DNA of 64,000 nucleotides from Candidatus Poribacteria bacterium (GCA_028820845.1 JAPPII010000061.1:1889-65888); one strand, 5' to 3'; counted from the first letter of the stretch, positions 1-9,867 are shown. A program made the numbers and translations. The notes: generated by a model from the sequence alone, not told the origin.

Positions 1-147
1 ATTGAGGCGTTCAGTGCTTCAGTCTTGAAACGCGGGGAACCTATTCAGCCCAATCCCGCAGACATCGCCGCTTACCACGGCGAAGGAAAATATCTCCAAC
101 GGTTCCGTGAAAAATACGAACAAATTATGGAAGCACATCCGATGTAA
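1..147 (+). CDS. 3' end of an unidentified CDS entering from upstream (partial)
   Basis: Frame 1 is open from nt 1 to TAA at 145-147 (...GEGKYLQRFREKYEQIMEAHPM*). No family recognised. Below the ORF-track length cutoff. Confidence 0.3.
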   Translation: MEAFSASVLKRGEPIQPNPADIAAYHGEGKYLQRFREKYEQIMEAHPM

Positions 148-185
148 CAAATATCGTGCTTCATCCATTTTGAACTTAAAGGTCG

Positions 186-211
186 GTTCGTAGTAGTGCG
201 ATTCATCGCAC
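186..211 (+). repeat. REP-like element: GTAG head plus 7-bp palindrome (GTTCGTAGTAG-GTGCGAT-TC-ATCGCAC)
   Basis: Near-identical copies at 12496-12520 (+) and 12531-12556 (-). Perfect stem GTGCGAT/ATCGCAC. Confidence 0.75.
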
Positions 212-237
212 GTTGTTTGGTCTCTGGAATACAAGAA

Positions 238-726
238 ATGAAAGAACAACTCACACACTTTGACGAAAAAGGCAACACACGGATGGTGGACGTCGGCGGC
301 AAGCAAGAAACCTTGCGTGTCGCCATCGCCCGTGGACACATAACCGCCCGCACTGAAACGCTTCGATTAATCACTGAAGAAAAAATGAAGAAGGGCGATG
401 TTTTAGAGGTTGCACGCCTTGCAGGTATCATGGCAGCAAAACGGACGGGTGAACTCATTCCCCTCTGTCATCCGCTCGCATTGACTTCGATCCGCGTTGA
501 ACTCGTCATCGCAGCTGAAACACCACGGATTGAGATTCAAGCAGAAGTCCAGACGGTCGGACGCACAGGCGTAGAAATGGAAGCACTCACCGCTGTATCC
601 GTCGCAGCACTGACTGTCTACGATATGTGTAAAGCGGTAGATAGGGAAATGGTCATCGCTGATGTCAGACTTGTCAAAAAGACAGGTGGTAAAAGTGGTG
701 ATTTCATAGCGACTTCCGATACATAA
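238..726 (+). CDS. moaC: cyclic pyranopterin monophosphate synthase MoaC
   Basis: Matches the MoaC pattern throughout ([68 protein letters not shown]). ATG 238 is preferred over 196 because 186-211 is a REP copy. Confidence 0.9.
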   Translation: MKEQLTHFDEKGNTRMVDVGGKQETLRVAIARGHITARTETLRLITEEKMKKGDVLEVARLAGIMAAKRTGELIPLCHPLALTSIRVELVIAAETPRIEIQAEVQTVGRTGVEMEALTAVSVAALTVYDMCKAVDREMVIADVRLVKKTGGKSGDFIATSDT

Positions 727-763
727 TTCTCTCAGAGAAACGGATTAGGAGGTTGGAAAGAAA

Positions 764-3700
764 ATGCATCAATCACTCACTATGGGAACCCTGAAAAATA
801 AACAGACATTTTACCCCACCCCGGTAGGTGCGGTTTCTAACCGCACTGGTGCTGAATGTCTAATTAATTCTAAGGTTTACCATAAAATTCTCATAATTCT
901 CGCCGTTTGTCTAATCTTTGTACCGATCTCCTTTGCAGCAGATTACGCCCTAATTATCGGTGGTGCCGCCGGTGAAAAATCTTTCTACGATGCATTCTGG
1001 AGTGCCACCTCCCGGTTTCATCAATTGCTCACCGACGAATACGGCTACGACCCAGCGCAAATCACCTTCCTTTTCGAGGATATGGGGGATTCGGAAAAAC
1101 CCGGACTTGTTGATGCTGAATCGAGACGTGAACCGCTCTTAACGGCGTTCGCAGAACTCACTGAGAAAATCCAACCCTCAGACCGATTTCTACTCTTCAT
1201 GATCGGACACGCATCCCGCACCGGTAGAAGTACACCGAAGTTTAATCTACTGGGACGAGACATCACCGAAACAGAATATATAACGCTTATCAACGGCATC
1301 CCTGCTGAGAACCAGATACTCATCTTCGGCTTCCCTTACAGCGGGCGGCTCGCATCCCAACTCAGCGCACCAGGACGCATAATTCTGACCTCAAGTTCAC
1401 CGAACGAGGGTTACGCACTACAAGCTGGGTTCGGCGATGTTTTCGTCGATGCCTTCTCCACAGCAGCTGCCGATACAAATAGCGACGGCGCGATCTCGCT
1501 TCTCGAAGCGTTCCTATCCGTGGAGGAGCGGACAAAAGCGTGGTACGAAGACTTTGGTACGATTCAATCCGAACACCCACACCTCGACGATAACGGCGAC
1601 GGAAATGCCACCCGGCACCTAACGACCGCTCTTGAATCTGAAGAAGGTGCAAACGATGGCACACTCGCTGAGAAAACATTTCTGGGCAAAAGACGCTCGG
1701 CACTACCCGCGCCACCACCCTCGGAACCAGAAGTCCTCGCCGACGTACCACCTACCGAAGTGGAGGAACAAGCGAATTCGGAAATCGGCGATGCCAACAC
1801 CTATCGCGGTGGTAGATCTGCGCTTCCGTACGACTTCATCAGCGAAGCAGACGAAAACACTATTCAAGAAGCCATTAGCAACGCTCCCTCTCAAAAAGCG
1901 TATCCAGACGACGGGGCTGCCGTACTTTGGGAAAGCGTCGATGTGGATATCGATGAAAAGAGCCGATACATCTACTCAACACGTCGGATCGTCAAAATCT
2001 TCAACGAAAACGGCAAAGACCTTGCTGAAGTGAGCATCCCCTACATGCGTGGAAGAGACGATGTCACCATCCACCACGCACGAACACTCACACCGGACGG
2101 CAACGCTATTGAACTCGATGTAAACGAAGTGATAACCGATCTCGTCCCACCGAGTGCTGTGGATGCCGGGTTGTACGTTGACGCACGTTTGATGTACTTT
2201 TCGCTCCCTGGCGTTACGGACGGATGTATCATTGATTACGCCTATTCTACGAACAACGCTGGACACGTCATGCAAGGCGAATTTTGGCGGAAAGTCTATT
2301 TCCAAGCACCACAACCGGTGCAATATTATCGGCTTACCGTCCACATCCCGAAGAAAAAGCAGCTCTATTACCAAATTTCAGGGGCACCCGCAGCTTCCCA
2401 AACAGATCGCTTTCTCTCTATTCAACCCGAAATCGCTGAAAGCAACTACGCCCGAACCTATACCTTTGAGGTGACAGATGTTCCACCCTTGAAAGAGGAA
2501 TATCTGATGCCTGCCCCGCAAGACCTCGCTTATAGCATCAGCATCTCCTCAATCGATTCTTGGGACAAACTCGTGACGTGGTACGCAACCCTGATTCGAG
2601 AACAGGATACCCTCACGCCAGAAATTGCCAAAAAGACAGAACAACTCCTTAAAGGGGCTTGGACACGACAAGAGAAGGTGAAAAGACTCTATGAATACGT
2701 CGCAACCAACATCCAATATCTCGGTTATGAACTCGGAATTTGGGCGATTAAACCCCGTCCAGCTAACCTCGTGCTGAAAGACGGCAGAGGCGACTGTAAG
2801 GACAAAACAACACTTCTGTCCACAATGCTCACATCTGCAGGCATTAACTCCTATCCTGTCCTCATCTCCGCTGGAGACACACGCGGTATTAATGCCCACC
2901 TGCCAGACGGCGGTTCGGAAGTCAAGGCGGTTCCGTCCTTAGCCTATTTCAATCACATGATTCTCGCAGTTGAAGGGAACAAAGACGATGAACTTATCTG
3001 GCTCGACCCAACATCGGAAACCTGTGCTTTCGGGGATTTTCCGGCTGGTGACCAAGATAGATGGACGCTCATCATCAACCCACAGTTTCTAACTGAAAAT
3101 AAAATAGATACTTCAGAGGACCTCGCATCTAAAAACGCGCAGGACCTACAGAACAACCTTTATCTTTTCCAGAAGAGTCCCTCCTTAGACGCGACAGCGA
3201 ATCTGAAACGCCTTCATACCGATGTACACGTCAAGGAAGACATGAGCGTCACCGTTCGCCAAGAATTAACAGTCACTGGCAGCTTCAACATAAAATTGCG
3301 GAGTCAACTCGCCAGTCTTGACACGAACGAAAAGCGGGCTGAATTCATGCACAAAGAATTAGAATTGGACGACCGCGCCAAAATAATTGAATTCAAATCT
3401 TCCAAACTTTTCCAACTCGAAAAGGAATTGAAAGTTGAAGTTACGTGGACGTGTGAAGGATATTTATATGCCATCGGTAGCCAATTCGTTCTTGAACTCC
3501 CCCTCGCGAAACACCCGTATGCGGAACTGTTGAGCGAGGAAAATCGAATGTATTCGGCTGTTATCGGCAAGGCGTTATCACTTGAAGATAAAGTCAGCGT
3601 CAGCACAGAGACACCCTTTAGGATAGATACTGTCCCTGAAGAGCAGACCCTGAAAAACGAGATCGCTGAGATTCAACTCCGTTATACGCAATCCAAACGC

Positions 3701-3829
3701 AAAGCCGAGATGCATCAGATCGTCCGTTTCCTGTCACCCACTGTAACACCAGGGGATATCGAACATCTCAAAGAGATTGTCAGAGCCGCTTCAAATCGAG
3801 GCACAAAACGATTTATATTAACACAATAG
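764..3829 (+). CDS. secreted/anchored multidomain protein: N-terminal caspase/legumain-like domain plus DUF3857-like, transglutaminase-like core and DUF3858-like regions
   Basis: 1021-aa ORF with hydrophobic segment [18 protein letters not shown]. Caspase-fold-like strand-His pattern [14 protein letters not shown], then [10 protein letters not shown] where I would expect D-x-C-x-[14 protein letters not shown] resembles a Ca-binding loop. Transglutaminase-core motif [21 protein letters not shown]. The start is uncertain because a REP-like element lies at 804-861. Confidence 0.6.
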   Translation: MHQSLTMGTLKNKQTFYPTPVGAVSNRTGAECLINSKVYHKILIILAVCLIFVPISFAADYALIIGGAAGEKSFYDAFWSATSRFHQLLTDEYGYDPAQITFLFEDMGDSEKPGLVDAESRREPLLTAFAELTEKIQPSDRFLLFMIGHASRTGRSTPKFNLLGRDITETEYITLINGIPAENQILIFGFPYSGRLASQLSAPGRIILTSSSPNEGYALQAGFGDVFVDAFSTAAADTNSDGAISLLEAFLSVEERTKAWYEDFGTIQSEHPHLDDNGDGNATRHLTTALESEEGANDGTLAEKTFLGKRRSALPAPPPSEPEVLADVPPTEVEEQANSEIGDANTYRGGRSALPYDFISEADENTIQEAISNAPSQKAYPDDGAAVLWESVDVDIDEKSRYIYSTRRIVKIFNENGKDLAEVSIPYMRGRDDVTIHHARTLTPDGNAIELDVNEVITDLVPPSAVDAGLYVDARLMYFSLPGVTDGCIIDYAYSTNNAGHVMQGEFWRKVYFQAPQPVQYYRLTVHIPKKKQLYYQISGAPAASQTDRFLSIQPEIAESNYARTYTFEVTDVPPLKEEYLMPAPQDLAYSISISSIDSWDKLVTWYATLIREQDTLTPEIAKKTEQLLKGAWTRQEKVKRLYEYVATNIQYLGYELGIWAIKPRPANLVLKDGRGDCKDKTTLLSTMLTSAGINSYPVLISAGDTRGINAHLPDGGSEVKAVPSLAYFNHMILAVEGNKDDELIWLDPTSETCAFGDFPAGDQDRWTLIINPQFLTENKIDTSEDLASKNAQDLQNNLYLFQKSPSLDATANLKRLHTDVHVKEDMSVTVRQELTVTGSFNIKLRSQLASLDTNEKRAEFMHKELELDDRAKIIEFKSSKLFQLEKELKVEVTWTCEGYLYAIGSQFVLELPLAKHPYAELLSEENRMYSAVIGKALSLEDKVSVSTETPFRIDTVPEEQTLKNEIAEIQLRYTQSKRKAEMHQIVRFLSPTVTPGDIEHLKEIVRAASNRGTKRFILTQ
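804..861 (+). repeat. REP-containing mini-element with 7-bp terminal inverted repeats (AGACATT...AATGTCT), inside the 5' part of the 764-3829 ORF
   Basis: The core GGTAGGTGCGGTTTCTAACCGCAC (823-846) is nearly identical to the cores of the MITEs at 5838-5949 and 31285-31374. Confidence 0.7.
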
Positions 3830-3858
3830 CCGTCAGCAGTCAGTTACTAACCGAGAAC

Positions 3859-3906
3859 CTGCCCGAAACTGTAGGGGCTGGGTTACCCAGCCCGTAAAGA
3901 GGGCAG
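3859..3906 (+). repeat. GTAG-headed compound hairpin (REP-like) in the intergenic region upstream of moxR
   Basis: GTAG at 3871-3874 is followed by the palindrome GGGCTGGGT-T-ACCCAGCCC (3875-3893). Outer arms are CTGCCC (3859-3864) and GGGCAG (3901-3906). Confidence 0.55.
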
Positions 3907-3929
3907 TCCAGGAGGACATAGCTAAAAAA

Positions 3930-4937
3930 ATGCCAGCAACAGAAGAAGTTCAAGCCATAGAAGAGTTGATGAAAAGCCAAGAACTCATTTTGGCACAACT
4001 GAAAAAGATTATAGTCGGGCAAGAGGAAGTCATTAATCAGATGTTGATGGCACTTTTTGCCGGGGGGCATTGTCTATTAGAAGGCGTGCCAGGTCTCGCC
4101 AAAACGCTCATGATTCGGACTTTGGCGCAAATCCTGAACCTCAAATTCAAGCGAATCCAATTCACGCCGGATCTGATGCCTGCTGACATCACTGGCACCG
4201 ATGTCCTCGAAGAAGATCGGACAACTGGGCATCGCACGATTCGGTTTATTCAGGGACCCATCTTCGCCAACATCCTCCTCGCCGACGAGATTAACAGGAC
4301 CCCCCCGAAAACACAAGCCGCACTTCTGGAAGCGATGCAGGAATATCACGTCACCGCCGGCGGCAACGAATTTGAATTGGAACGGCCCTTCTTCGTGCTT
4401 GCAACACAGAATCCGATTGAGCAAGAGGGTACATATCCACTCCCCGAAGCACAGTTGGATCGGTTTATGTTCAAAATTGTTATCGACTATCCGACAGAAG
4501 CTGAGGAGACAGACATCGTTTCGACAACAACTGGGGCGGAGATCCCTGATCTTGAAACGACACTCTCCGGGCACACTATCGTAGCACTCCATAATATTGT
4601 GAGGCGTGTACCCGCCGCCGATAACGTCGTACAATACGCCGTGAAAATCGCACGCGCAACGCGTCCAAAAATGGAAGACGCTCCCGATTTCATTAAGGAA
4701 TGGATACGATGGGGGGCAGGACCTCGCGCGGGGCAGTATCTCATCTTAGGGGCGAAAGCCCGAGCGATTCTACGCGGCAGATACAACGCCTCTTGTGAAG
4801 ATGTCAAATCCGTCGCACCGGCAGTCCTACGACATCGAATCTTAACCAACTTCCACGCCGAGGCAGAGGGTGTCGATTCCGATACCGTCGTCCAACGGCT
4901 GCTCGACACAGTGCAGGAACCCGCTGCAAGACTATAA
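3930..4937 (+). CDS. MoxR-family AAA+ ATPase
   Basis: [32 protein letters not shown] (Walker A), [12 protein letters not shown] (Walker B), and 335 aa, a typical MoxR length. Confidence 0.9.
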   Translation: MPATEEVQAIEELMKSQELILAQLKKIIVGQEEVINQMLMALFAGGHCLLEGVPGLAKTLMIRTLAQILNLKFKRIQFTPDLMPADITGTDVLEEDRTTGHRTIRFIQGPIFANILLADEINRTPPKTQAALLEAMQEYHVTAGGNEFELERPFFVLATQNPIEQEGTYPLPEAQLDRFMFKIVIDYPTEAEETDIVSTTTGAEIPDLETTLSGHTIVALHNIVRRVPAADNVVQYAVKIARATRPKMEDAPDFIKEWIRWGAGPRAGQYLILGAKARAILRGRYNASCEDVKSVAPAVLRHRILTNFHAEAEGVDSDTVVQRLLDTVQEPAARL

Positions 4938-5037
4938 ACAGCACGTCCTTAGGCACAGCAGCAAGGCAAACGGAAGCATGGAATGATGGAAGAAGGCGAT
5001 ACTTCCAGTCTTCCATCATTCCTCTCCTTTCTCATCC

Positions 5038-5751
5038 ATGAAAATATCAGTCGTCATTCCAGCACTCAACGAAGAAAACGCCATCGCCAAAGTTATCGCC
5101 GATATACCGAAAACGGTGTACGCCTCTGACGGACACACAGGTGGGAGAGTCCAAGAGATTATCGTTGTTGACAACGGCTCTACGGATAACACCGCTGCAA
5201 TCGCAGAGCAACATGGAGCACGGATTATCAACGAACCGAAGAGAGGCTACGGGGCTGCCTGTTTGGCAGGTATCACGGCACTCGCGGAGACAACACCCGA
5301 CATCGTCGTTTTTCTCGATGGCGACTATAGCGATTATCCCACAGACATGCCAAAGCTGCTCCAACCCATCTTTGAAGGCAGTGCCGCGTTCGTCATCGGC
5401 GCAAGGAAGGCAGACAACGCACGAGAAGCGTTATTACCCCAAGCCCGATTCGGCAATTGGCTTGCGTGTCTCTTAATACACCGGTTCTTTGGCATCCGCT
5501 ATACAGACTTAGGACCCTTCCGAGCGATCCGATACCCACAACTCCTCGCCCTGAACATGCAAGACAAAACCTTCGGCTGGACAGTAGAGATGCAACTCAA
5601 AGCCGCGAAACAGTCAATTCCTGTCTGCGAGGTTCCGGTTCGTTATCGAAAACGCATCGGCACCTCCAAAATCACCGGCACCCTCACCGGTACCCTCAAA
5701 GCAGGCTACAAAATACTCACAACCCTCATCTACCACCGCTTTTTGGCATAA
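5038..5751 (+). CDS. family 2 glycosyltransferase (dolichyl/polyprenyl-phosphate sugar transferase-like)
   Basis: VVIPALNEENAI, VVDNGSTDNT, VFLDGDYSD (DxD), and a C-terminal RYRKRIGTSK motif typical of GT2. Confidence 0.8.
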   Translation: MKISVVIPALNEENAIAKVIADIPKTVYASDGHTGGRVQEIIVVDNGSTDNTAAIAEQHGARIINEPKRGYGAACLAGITALAETTPDIVVFLDGDYSDYPTDMPKLLQPIFEGSAAFVIGARKADNAREALLPQARFGNWLACLLIHRFFGIRYTDLGPFRAIRYPQLLALNMQDKTFGWTVEMQLKAAKQSIPVCEVPVRYRKRIGTSKITGTLTGTLKAGYKILTTLIYHRFLA

Positions 5752-5837
5752 CACCCTCCACCCTTTCAACCGCGCATTTTTCAATTGAAACCCACTCTGA
5801 TTAATGCTATACTTGTTTTTATTTCTGAAACAAAAAT

Positions 5838-5949
5838 AGGACTTACGCACTCCCCTGGTAGGTGCGGTTTCCAACCGCACCGAACCCTGTTAGAAAGTGC
5901 CTTCACCATATCAAAATAGGCGTTCTGACCCCAATTTTGCGTAAGTCCT
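5838..5949 (+). mobile_element. MITE-like element (112 bp) with 12-bp perfect terminal inverted repeats AGGACTTACGCA/TGCGTAAGTCCT and an internal REP core
   Basis: A second copy lies at 31285-31374. The first 47 nt are near-identical, including GGTAGGTGCGGTTTCCAACCGCACCGAA. It has no ORF. Confidence 0.75.
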
Positions 5950-6018
5950 GAAAAAAACAGATAACACAGACCTATATCGCATAGATCCAACACCGCAGTG
6001 AGTAGTCGAAACGAATTT

Positions 6019-6509
6019 ATGAAACTTAAACCCCGTCTTTACATAGAAACTTCTGTCATTAGTTATCTTACTTCAAGAGCAAGCCGGGATTTTATTATCT
6101 CTATGTGTCAACAAATAACTCGCTATTGGTGGGATAACGTTGTGGATCGGAAATTTGAACTTGTTTCTTCTACTATTGTTAGACAGGAGATCAGCCGTGG
6201 AACACGGACGCAGCACAACAACGCCTCAAAGTGTTAAATTCAATCACGTTATTAGAAACATCACTTGAGGAGATGTCCTCTCTTGCGGAGCGTCTAGTTG
6301 ATGCAGGAGCGGTCCCCTTAAGGGCAAAGACAGACGCACTACATATTGCTATCGCGGCTATTAATGGTGTAGAATATCTCGCGACATGGAATTTTAAACA
6401 TATAGCGAACACAAACAAACTACCTTTAATACACAAGGTATGCGAAACCGCAGGCTATACGCCTACAACTATTTGCACACCGTTAGAACTCCTATGGGAG
6501 GTTTCTTGA
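6019..6509 (+). pseudogene. PIN-domain (VapC-like) toxin gene disrupted by a 1-nt frameshift near 6198-6201
   Basis: MKLKPRLYIETSVISYL...VRQEISRG continues in the +1 frame as (N)TDAAQQRLKVLNSITLLE...DALHIAIAAINGVEYLATWNFKHIAN. Both halves belong to one PIN-like family as I recall it from cyanobacteria. Confidence 0.65.
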
Positions 6510-6510
6510 A

Positions 6511-6723
6511 ATGTTGAAAGACCCGATTATTGAAGAAATTCATCGGATTCGTGACGAGTGGGCTGCTTCTTTTCAGTATGATTTACGTGCACTATGTGAA
6601 GACATAAAGCGACAAGAAAAACGAGATTTTCTCACGGATAAGCACGGAAATTTCATAAAGGACGAAAAGGGAGGCTTGATTCTTAAACCCGAAGTTGATG
6701 CTGAAAACACAGCCAAATCCTAA
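6511..6723 (+). CDS. small protein, probable cognate partner (antitoxin-like) of the PIN gene
   Basis: 70 aa. Starts 1 nt after the PIN stop. DPIIEEIHRIRDEWAASFQYDLRALCEDIKRQE resembles small proteins encoded next to this PIN family. Confidence 0.5.
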   Translation: MLKDPIIEEIHRIRDEWAASFQYDLRALCEDIKRQEKRDFLTDKHGNFIKDEKGGLILKPEVDAENTAKS

Positions 6724-6914
6724 AAAGGACACCCTGCGGATAACGTTTGATAGACGCAAATGAAACGCCGGAAGTGTCTCTCCGAACTGAAAGTGAGGCT
6801 GAGGCAATAAAAGCCTCTGACATCTTAGAGTTCGGCAATCAGGAAGCATCGGATCAAACCGTAAGTGGATTTGAAGAAGTAAAAATTGATGTATGAAACG
6901 TATCAGGATAAACC

Positions 6915-7406
6915 ATGAAAAACAAATCTTCCGACAACACCTCAAACATAGATAACTTGTCTGAACACAATCGAGAGCTGAGAAAAAAAGGCAAAATCAA
7001 ACTTCTGGATGTCGTCGCGCTCACACAGGATGTCCCGCAGCACAATCTCAAGCGTGGAGACATCGGCACGGTTGTTGAAATCCTTTCAAACGGCGAAGCG
7101 TACGAAGTTGAATTCAGCAATGCCTACGGGCAAATGTCCAAGTGCCTGAGTTTCCTTGTCTCTCAACTTAGAGTGCTTCCTCACGAACAAATAAAAGCGG
7201 ATGCCAAACTTCAAAAAGATAAACAAGTAAAAGGAGTTACAGAAAAGGGAAAAAACGCCGCCGCACAACGCCTCATCAAAGCGATGGAAAAACCACCACA
7301 TCTCACTGATGAAGACATTGAAGCACTGAATCGGTCAATCAAAGAAGGAAAAATACCTATAAAGTTTGATTCGATCTTTGAACCGGACGAACGCGATGAA
7401 GAATGA
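6915..7406 (+). CDS. DUF4926 domain protein with C-terminal extension
   Basis: LLDVVALTQDVPQHNLKRGDIGTVVEILSNGEAYEVEFSNAYGQ matches the DUF4926 pattern. Confidence 0.65.
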   Translation: MKNKSSDNTSNIDNLSEHNRELRKKGKIKLLDVVALTQDVPQHNLKRGDIGTVVEILSNGEAYEVEFSNAYGQMSKCLSFLVSQLRVLPHEQIKADAKLQKDKQVKGVTEKGKNAAAQRLIKAMEKPPHLTDEDIEALNRSIKEGKIPIKFDSIFEPDERDEE

Positions 7407-7441
7407 ATAAGGACTTAGATAATGAGCCTGATGTGCCTGAT

Positions 7442-8104
7442 TCAACGCCTTAACCGAGTTGGGGCATCTAATGATGTTCTCCTTAACGGGTTTTCCGGGG
7501 ATTCAACCTCACCAAGATGACATTTTTTGTACTTCTTGCCGCTTCCACAGGGACATGGATCGTTCCTACCTGGGTTATGTCGCACTATATTCATGATTTC
7601 CAAAAAGTGCTCTATTTCTCCTTGCTTGCCATGAGAATATTCGCCCCAAAGGTCCTTCCGAGCCCTGTCAATACCGAATTTATCTGTGTAGGAGAGTCGA
7701 TAAAAAAATGGAATTACCAATTCATCAAGGAAATCCTCAATACAAAGCTGCTGGCTATCTCTGTATTTGAGACCTAAGCAACACGCGCGATTGTGGGGAT
7801 AAATGTGCAAGTCAATGATCGGAACCTCACATTTTTTCACAATTCGACAGTATTTCCCCCCGACCTCAAACACTTTCGGCCATCCGTTCCAATCAAGGTC
7901 ATCTAGGTAAATCTCAACCTCAAAAACATCCTGAATTAAAAAGTCAGTTTCTTTAAGGAGATTGGCAATCGTTATTTTCCCGGATTCGCTCTCATACACC
8001 GCGCAAAAGTCCAGCTCGCCTAAAATTTTATGGGAGTCTGCATCGTAGTATAAGTTCGGAAAATGTAATCTCAACCATCTAATGTCACTATCGGTTATCT
8101 TCAT
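7442..8104 (-). CDS. SEC-C motif protein with an unassigned N-terminal domain
   Basis: C-terminal [16 protein letters not shown] is the SEC-C metal-binding motif. I cannot assign the ~180-aa N-terminal domain. Confidence 0.7.
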   Translation of the reverse strand: MKITDSDIRWLRLHFPNLYYDADSHKILGELDFCAVYESESGKITIANLLKETDFLIQDVFEVEIYLDDLDWNGWPKVFEVGGKYCRIVKKCEVPIIDLHIYPHNRACCLGLKYRDSQQLCIEDFLDELVIPFFYRLSYTDKFGIDRARKDLWGEYSHGKQGEIEHFLEIMNIVRHNPGRNDPCPCGSGKKYKKCHLGEVESPENPLRRTSLDAPTRLRR

Positions 8105-8112
8105 GATAGAAA

Positions 8113-8624
8113 TTATCTCGCGTAGGGCTTTCTAGGGGTAACTACCCGCGTGGAGGCAATTGCTGACGCACCTCCGTTGTTTTGGGTTTTACTCTTAAGT
8201 TCCCCGAAATTGTCACCAAATAACTTTCGCCATTTCTTGACACTTGCATTATGCTCAGTTTCTTCAAACGCCTCGTTTATCCTGCTGTTATAGAGGTCAA
8301 ACATTTCTCGGAAATGGGTATATTTATCCTGGTCCCAGTGTCTTGTGAAGGATTCTCCATCCAAGACAGGATTGCATATCTCGGGCATTAGAAAATTCGC
8401 CTGTAAAAAACTGTTTATCCGGTTAGAAACTGTTTTTAAAGCGGTTGGAATATCCTTAAAATGATCCCCCCACTCGTCACTGGCATAAACACTATTACCA
8501 ATTAACGTTGTCAGAAGGATCGATTTTACAGAAAAGTTCCCTTTGTGATCCCTAAGAAATTTTAACAACCGCGTAACCCCCTTCAGGTTGCCGTGGGTAA
8601 TTCTGGTTTTCTCGTTGAACCAAT
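8113..8624 (-). pseudogene. 3' fragment of an unidentified gene, 5'-truncated by the IS3 element (possibly the helical C-terminal region of a nucleotidyltransferase)
   Basis: The first 12 codons of the reported ORF (8625-8661) are IS-end sequence. The native part starts ...NWFNEKTRITHGNLKGVTRLLKFLRDHKG...KSILLTTLIG and ends ...KKWRKLFGDNFGE. Family assignment rests on loose resemblance only. Confidence 0.35.
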
Positions 8625-8663
8625 TGAAGTGCCACCGTTTATTTAGACCAAAATTTAGCAAAG

Positions 8664-9506
8664 TTAAGAGAAGGTTTGTCTTTGAAATTCTATAGGTGTC
8701 AGATACCCTAACGCCGAATGTGGGCGTTTATAGTTATACACCTGTGTGATAAAATGACCGATGCGTTCTCGAGCCTCGGTAATATCTTGGTAATCATTGA
8801 GGTGAACTTCTTCTTCCTTGAGCGTTCGGATCAACCTTTCGGCGTATCCGTTCTCCCAAGGACACCCGCTGCGAGCGACTGAAATCTGAATATCGTGTGC
8901 TTTGAGCGTCGAGATATAAGCGGTTGAAAGATATTGCACGCCTTGATCGCTGTGATGGATCTCCGGAGACCCGCTTTGCGAGAGTGCCTCTTGTAGCGGT
9001 TTCAACGTCAGAGATGTATTCAAATGTGGACTGACCTGCCATCCCCTGATCATTCGGGTGAAGATGTCCATGAGCACAGCGACATAGATGAAGCGTCTCT
9101 TGAGACGGACGTAGGTAATATCGCCTACCCAGACTTGATTCTCTCGAGAGATCTCAAGGGTCTGAACTCTATTGCCCCAAGGCTGTTGACCTTCAAAGGA
9201 TCTCGTGGTTTGACAGATGCGTTTCACCGAGACCGAGAGGCACTCTTCTTTCATCAAACGGGCAACACGTTTATACCCGACGGTGTATCCTTGACGCAGT
9301 AGCATCTTTGTCATACGCCGATACCCATACGTCGGATACGCTGCCGCTAACCGCTGTATTTCAGCGCGTAAGATGTCTTCAGACGGGTCGTTTTTGGGTT
9401 GATAATAGAAGGTGCTCTTGTTGAAACCCAGCACCTCACAAATCTCTCGCATGGCATACTCCTTGCGCAACGTCTCAACGACGTATCGCTGTTGAGATGG
9501 ATTCAA
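8664..9506 (-). CDS. IS3 transposase OrfB (DDE integrase domain)
   Basis: WVGDITYV, IHHSDQGVQYLS and PWENGYAERL give an intact DDE triad. Confidence 0.9.
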   Translation of the reverse strand: MNPSQQRYVVETLRKEYAMREICEVLGFNKSTFYYQPKNDPSEDILRAEIQRLAAAYPTYGYRRMTKMLLRQGYTVGYKRVARLMKEECLSVSVKRICQTTRSFEGQQPWGNRVQTLEISRENQVWVGDITYVRLKRRFIYVAVLMDIFTRMIRGWQVSPHLNTSLTLKPLQEALSQSGSPEIHHSDQGVQYLSTAYISTLKAHDIQISVARSGCPWENGYAERLIRTLKEEEVHLNDYQDITEARERIGHFITQVYNYKRPHSALGYLTPIEFQRQTFS

Positions 9507-9787
9507 TCCAACAACGTCAATGCCTTTTTTTGAATTTCCAACGCCAGCGTCAACCTCCCAACGAGTTGCTCAAGTTGAGCGATCCGCTCGCTGGAAGCAT
9601 CGGAGTGCTTCTCTGGAGATTCAAAAAAGGTTTCGGCATTTTCAAGAAACTGCCGTTTCCACGTTGAGACTTGGTTTTCGCTGAGGTTATGTCGGCGACA
9701 CAGTTCCGCCTGTGAACTTTCACCGCTAAGGGCCTCAAGCACAACTTCTGCTTTAAACTTAGCAGTGAATTTTCTGCGTTTCGCCAT
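9503..9787 (-). CDS. IS3 transposase OrfA (HTH)
   Basis: MAKRRKFTAKFKAEVVLEAL...ELCRRHNLSENQVSTWKRQF. Ends in the A-run frameshift window. Confidence 0.85.
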   Translation of the reverse strand: MAKRRKFTAKFKAEVVLEALSGESSQAELCRRHNLSENQVSTWKRQFLENAETFFESPEKHSDASSERIAQLEQLVGRLTLALEIQKKALTLLD

Positions 9788-9867
9788 CGGAATGCTCCTT
9801 TCAAATAGATTGTCATTGTAGCACAATCTTATATTAGAGAGTGGTCTAAATTTCCGGTGGCAGTACA

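Larger units (their letters stand above)
8625..9867 (-). mobile_element. IS3-family insertion sequence, copy 1 (1243 bp)
   Basis: Ends are TGTACTGCCACC...GGTGGCACTTCA (TG...CA) and are shared with copy 2 at 43825-45068. orfA/orfB overlap with an A7 slippery run. Confidence 0.9.

Noticed and set aside
1362-1751. Numerous 60-190-aa ORFs nested in or antisense to long genes (for example 1362-1751, 4077-4634, 13518-13931, 27231-27812, 45695-46207, 52833-53303)
   Set aside because: These are shadow ORFs inside confidently assigned CDSs. Their compositions are Arg/Ser/Cys-rich, typical of out-of-frame translation.
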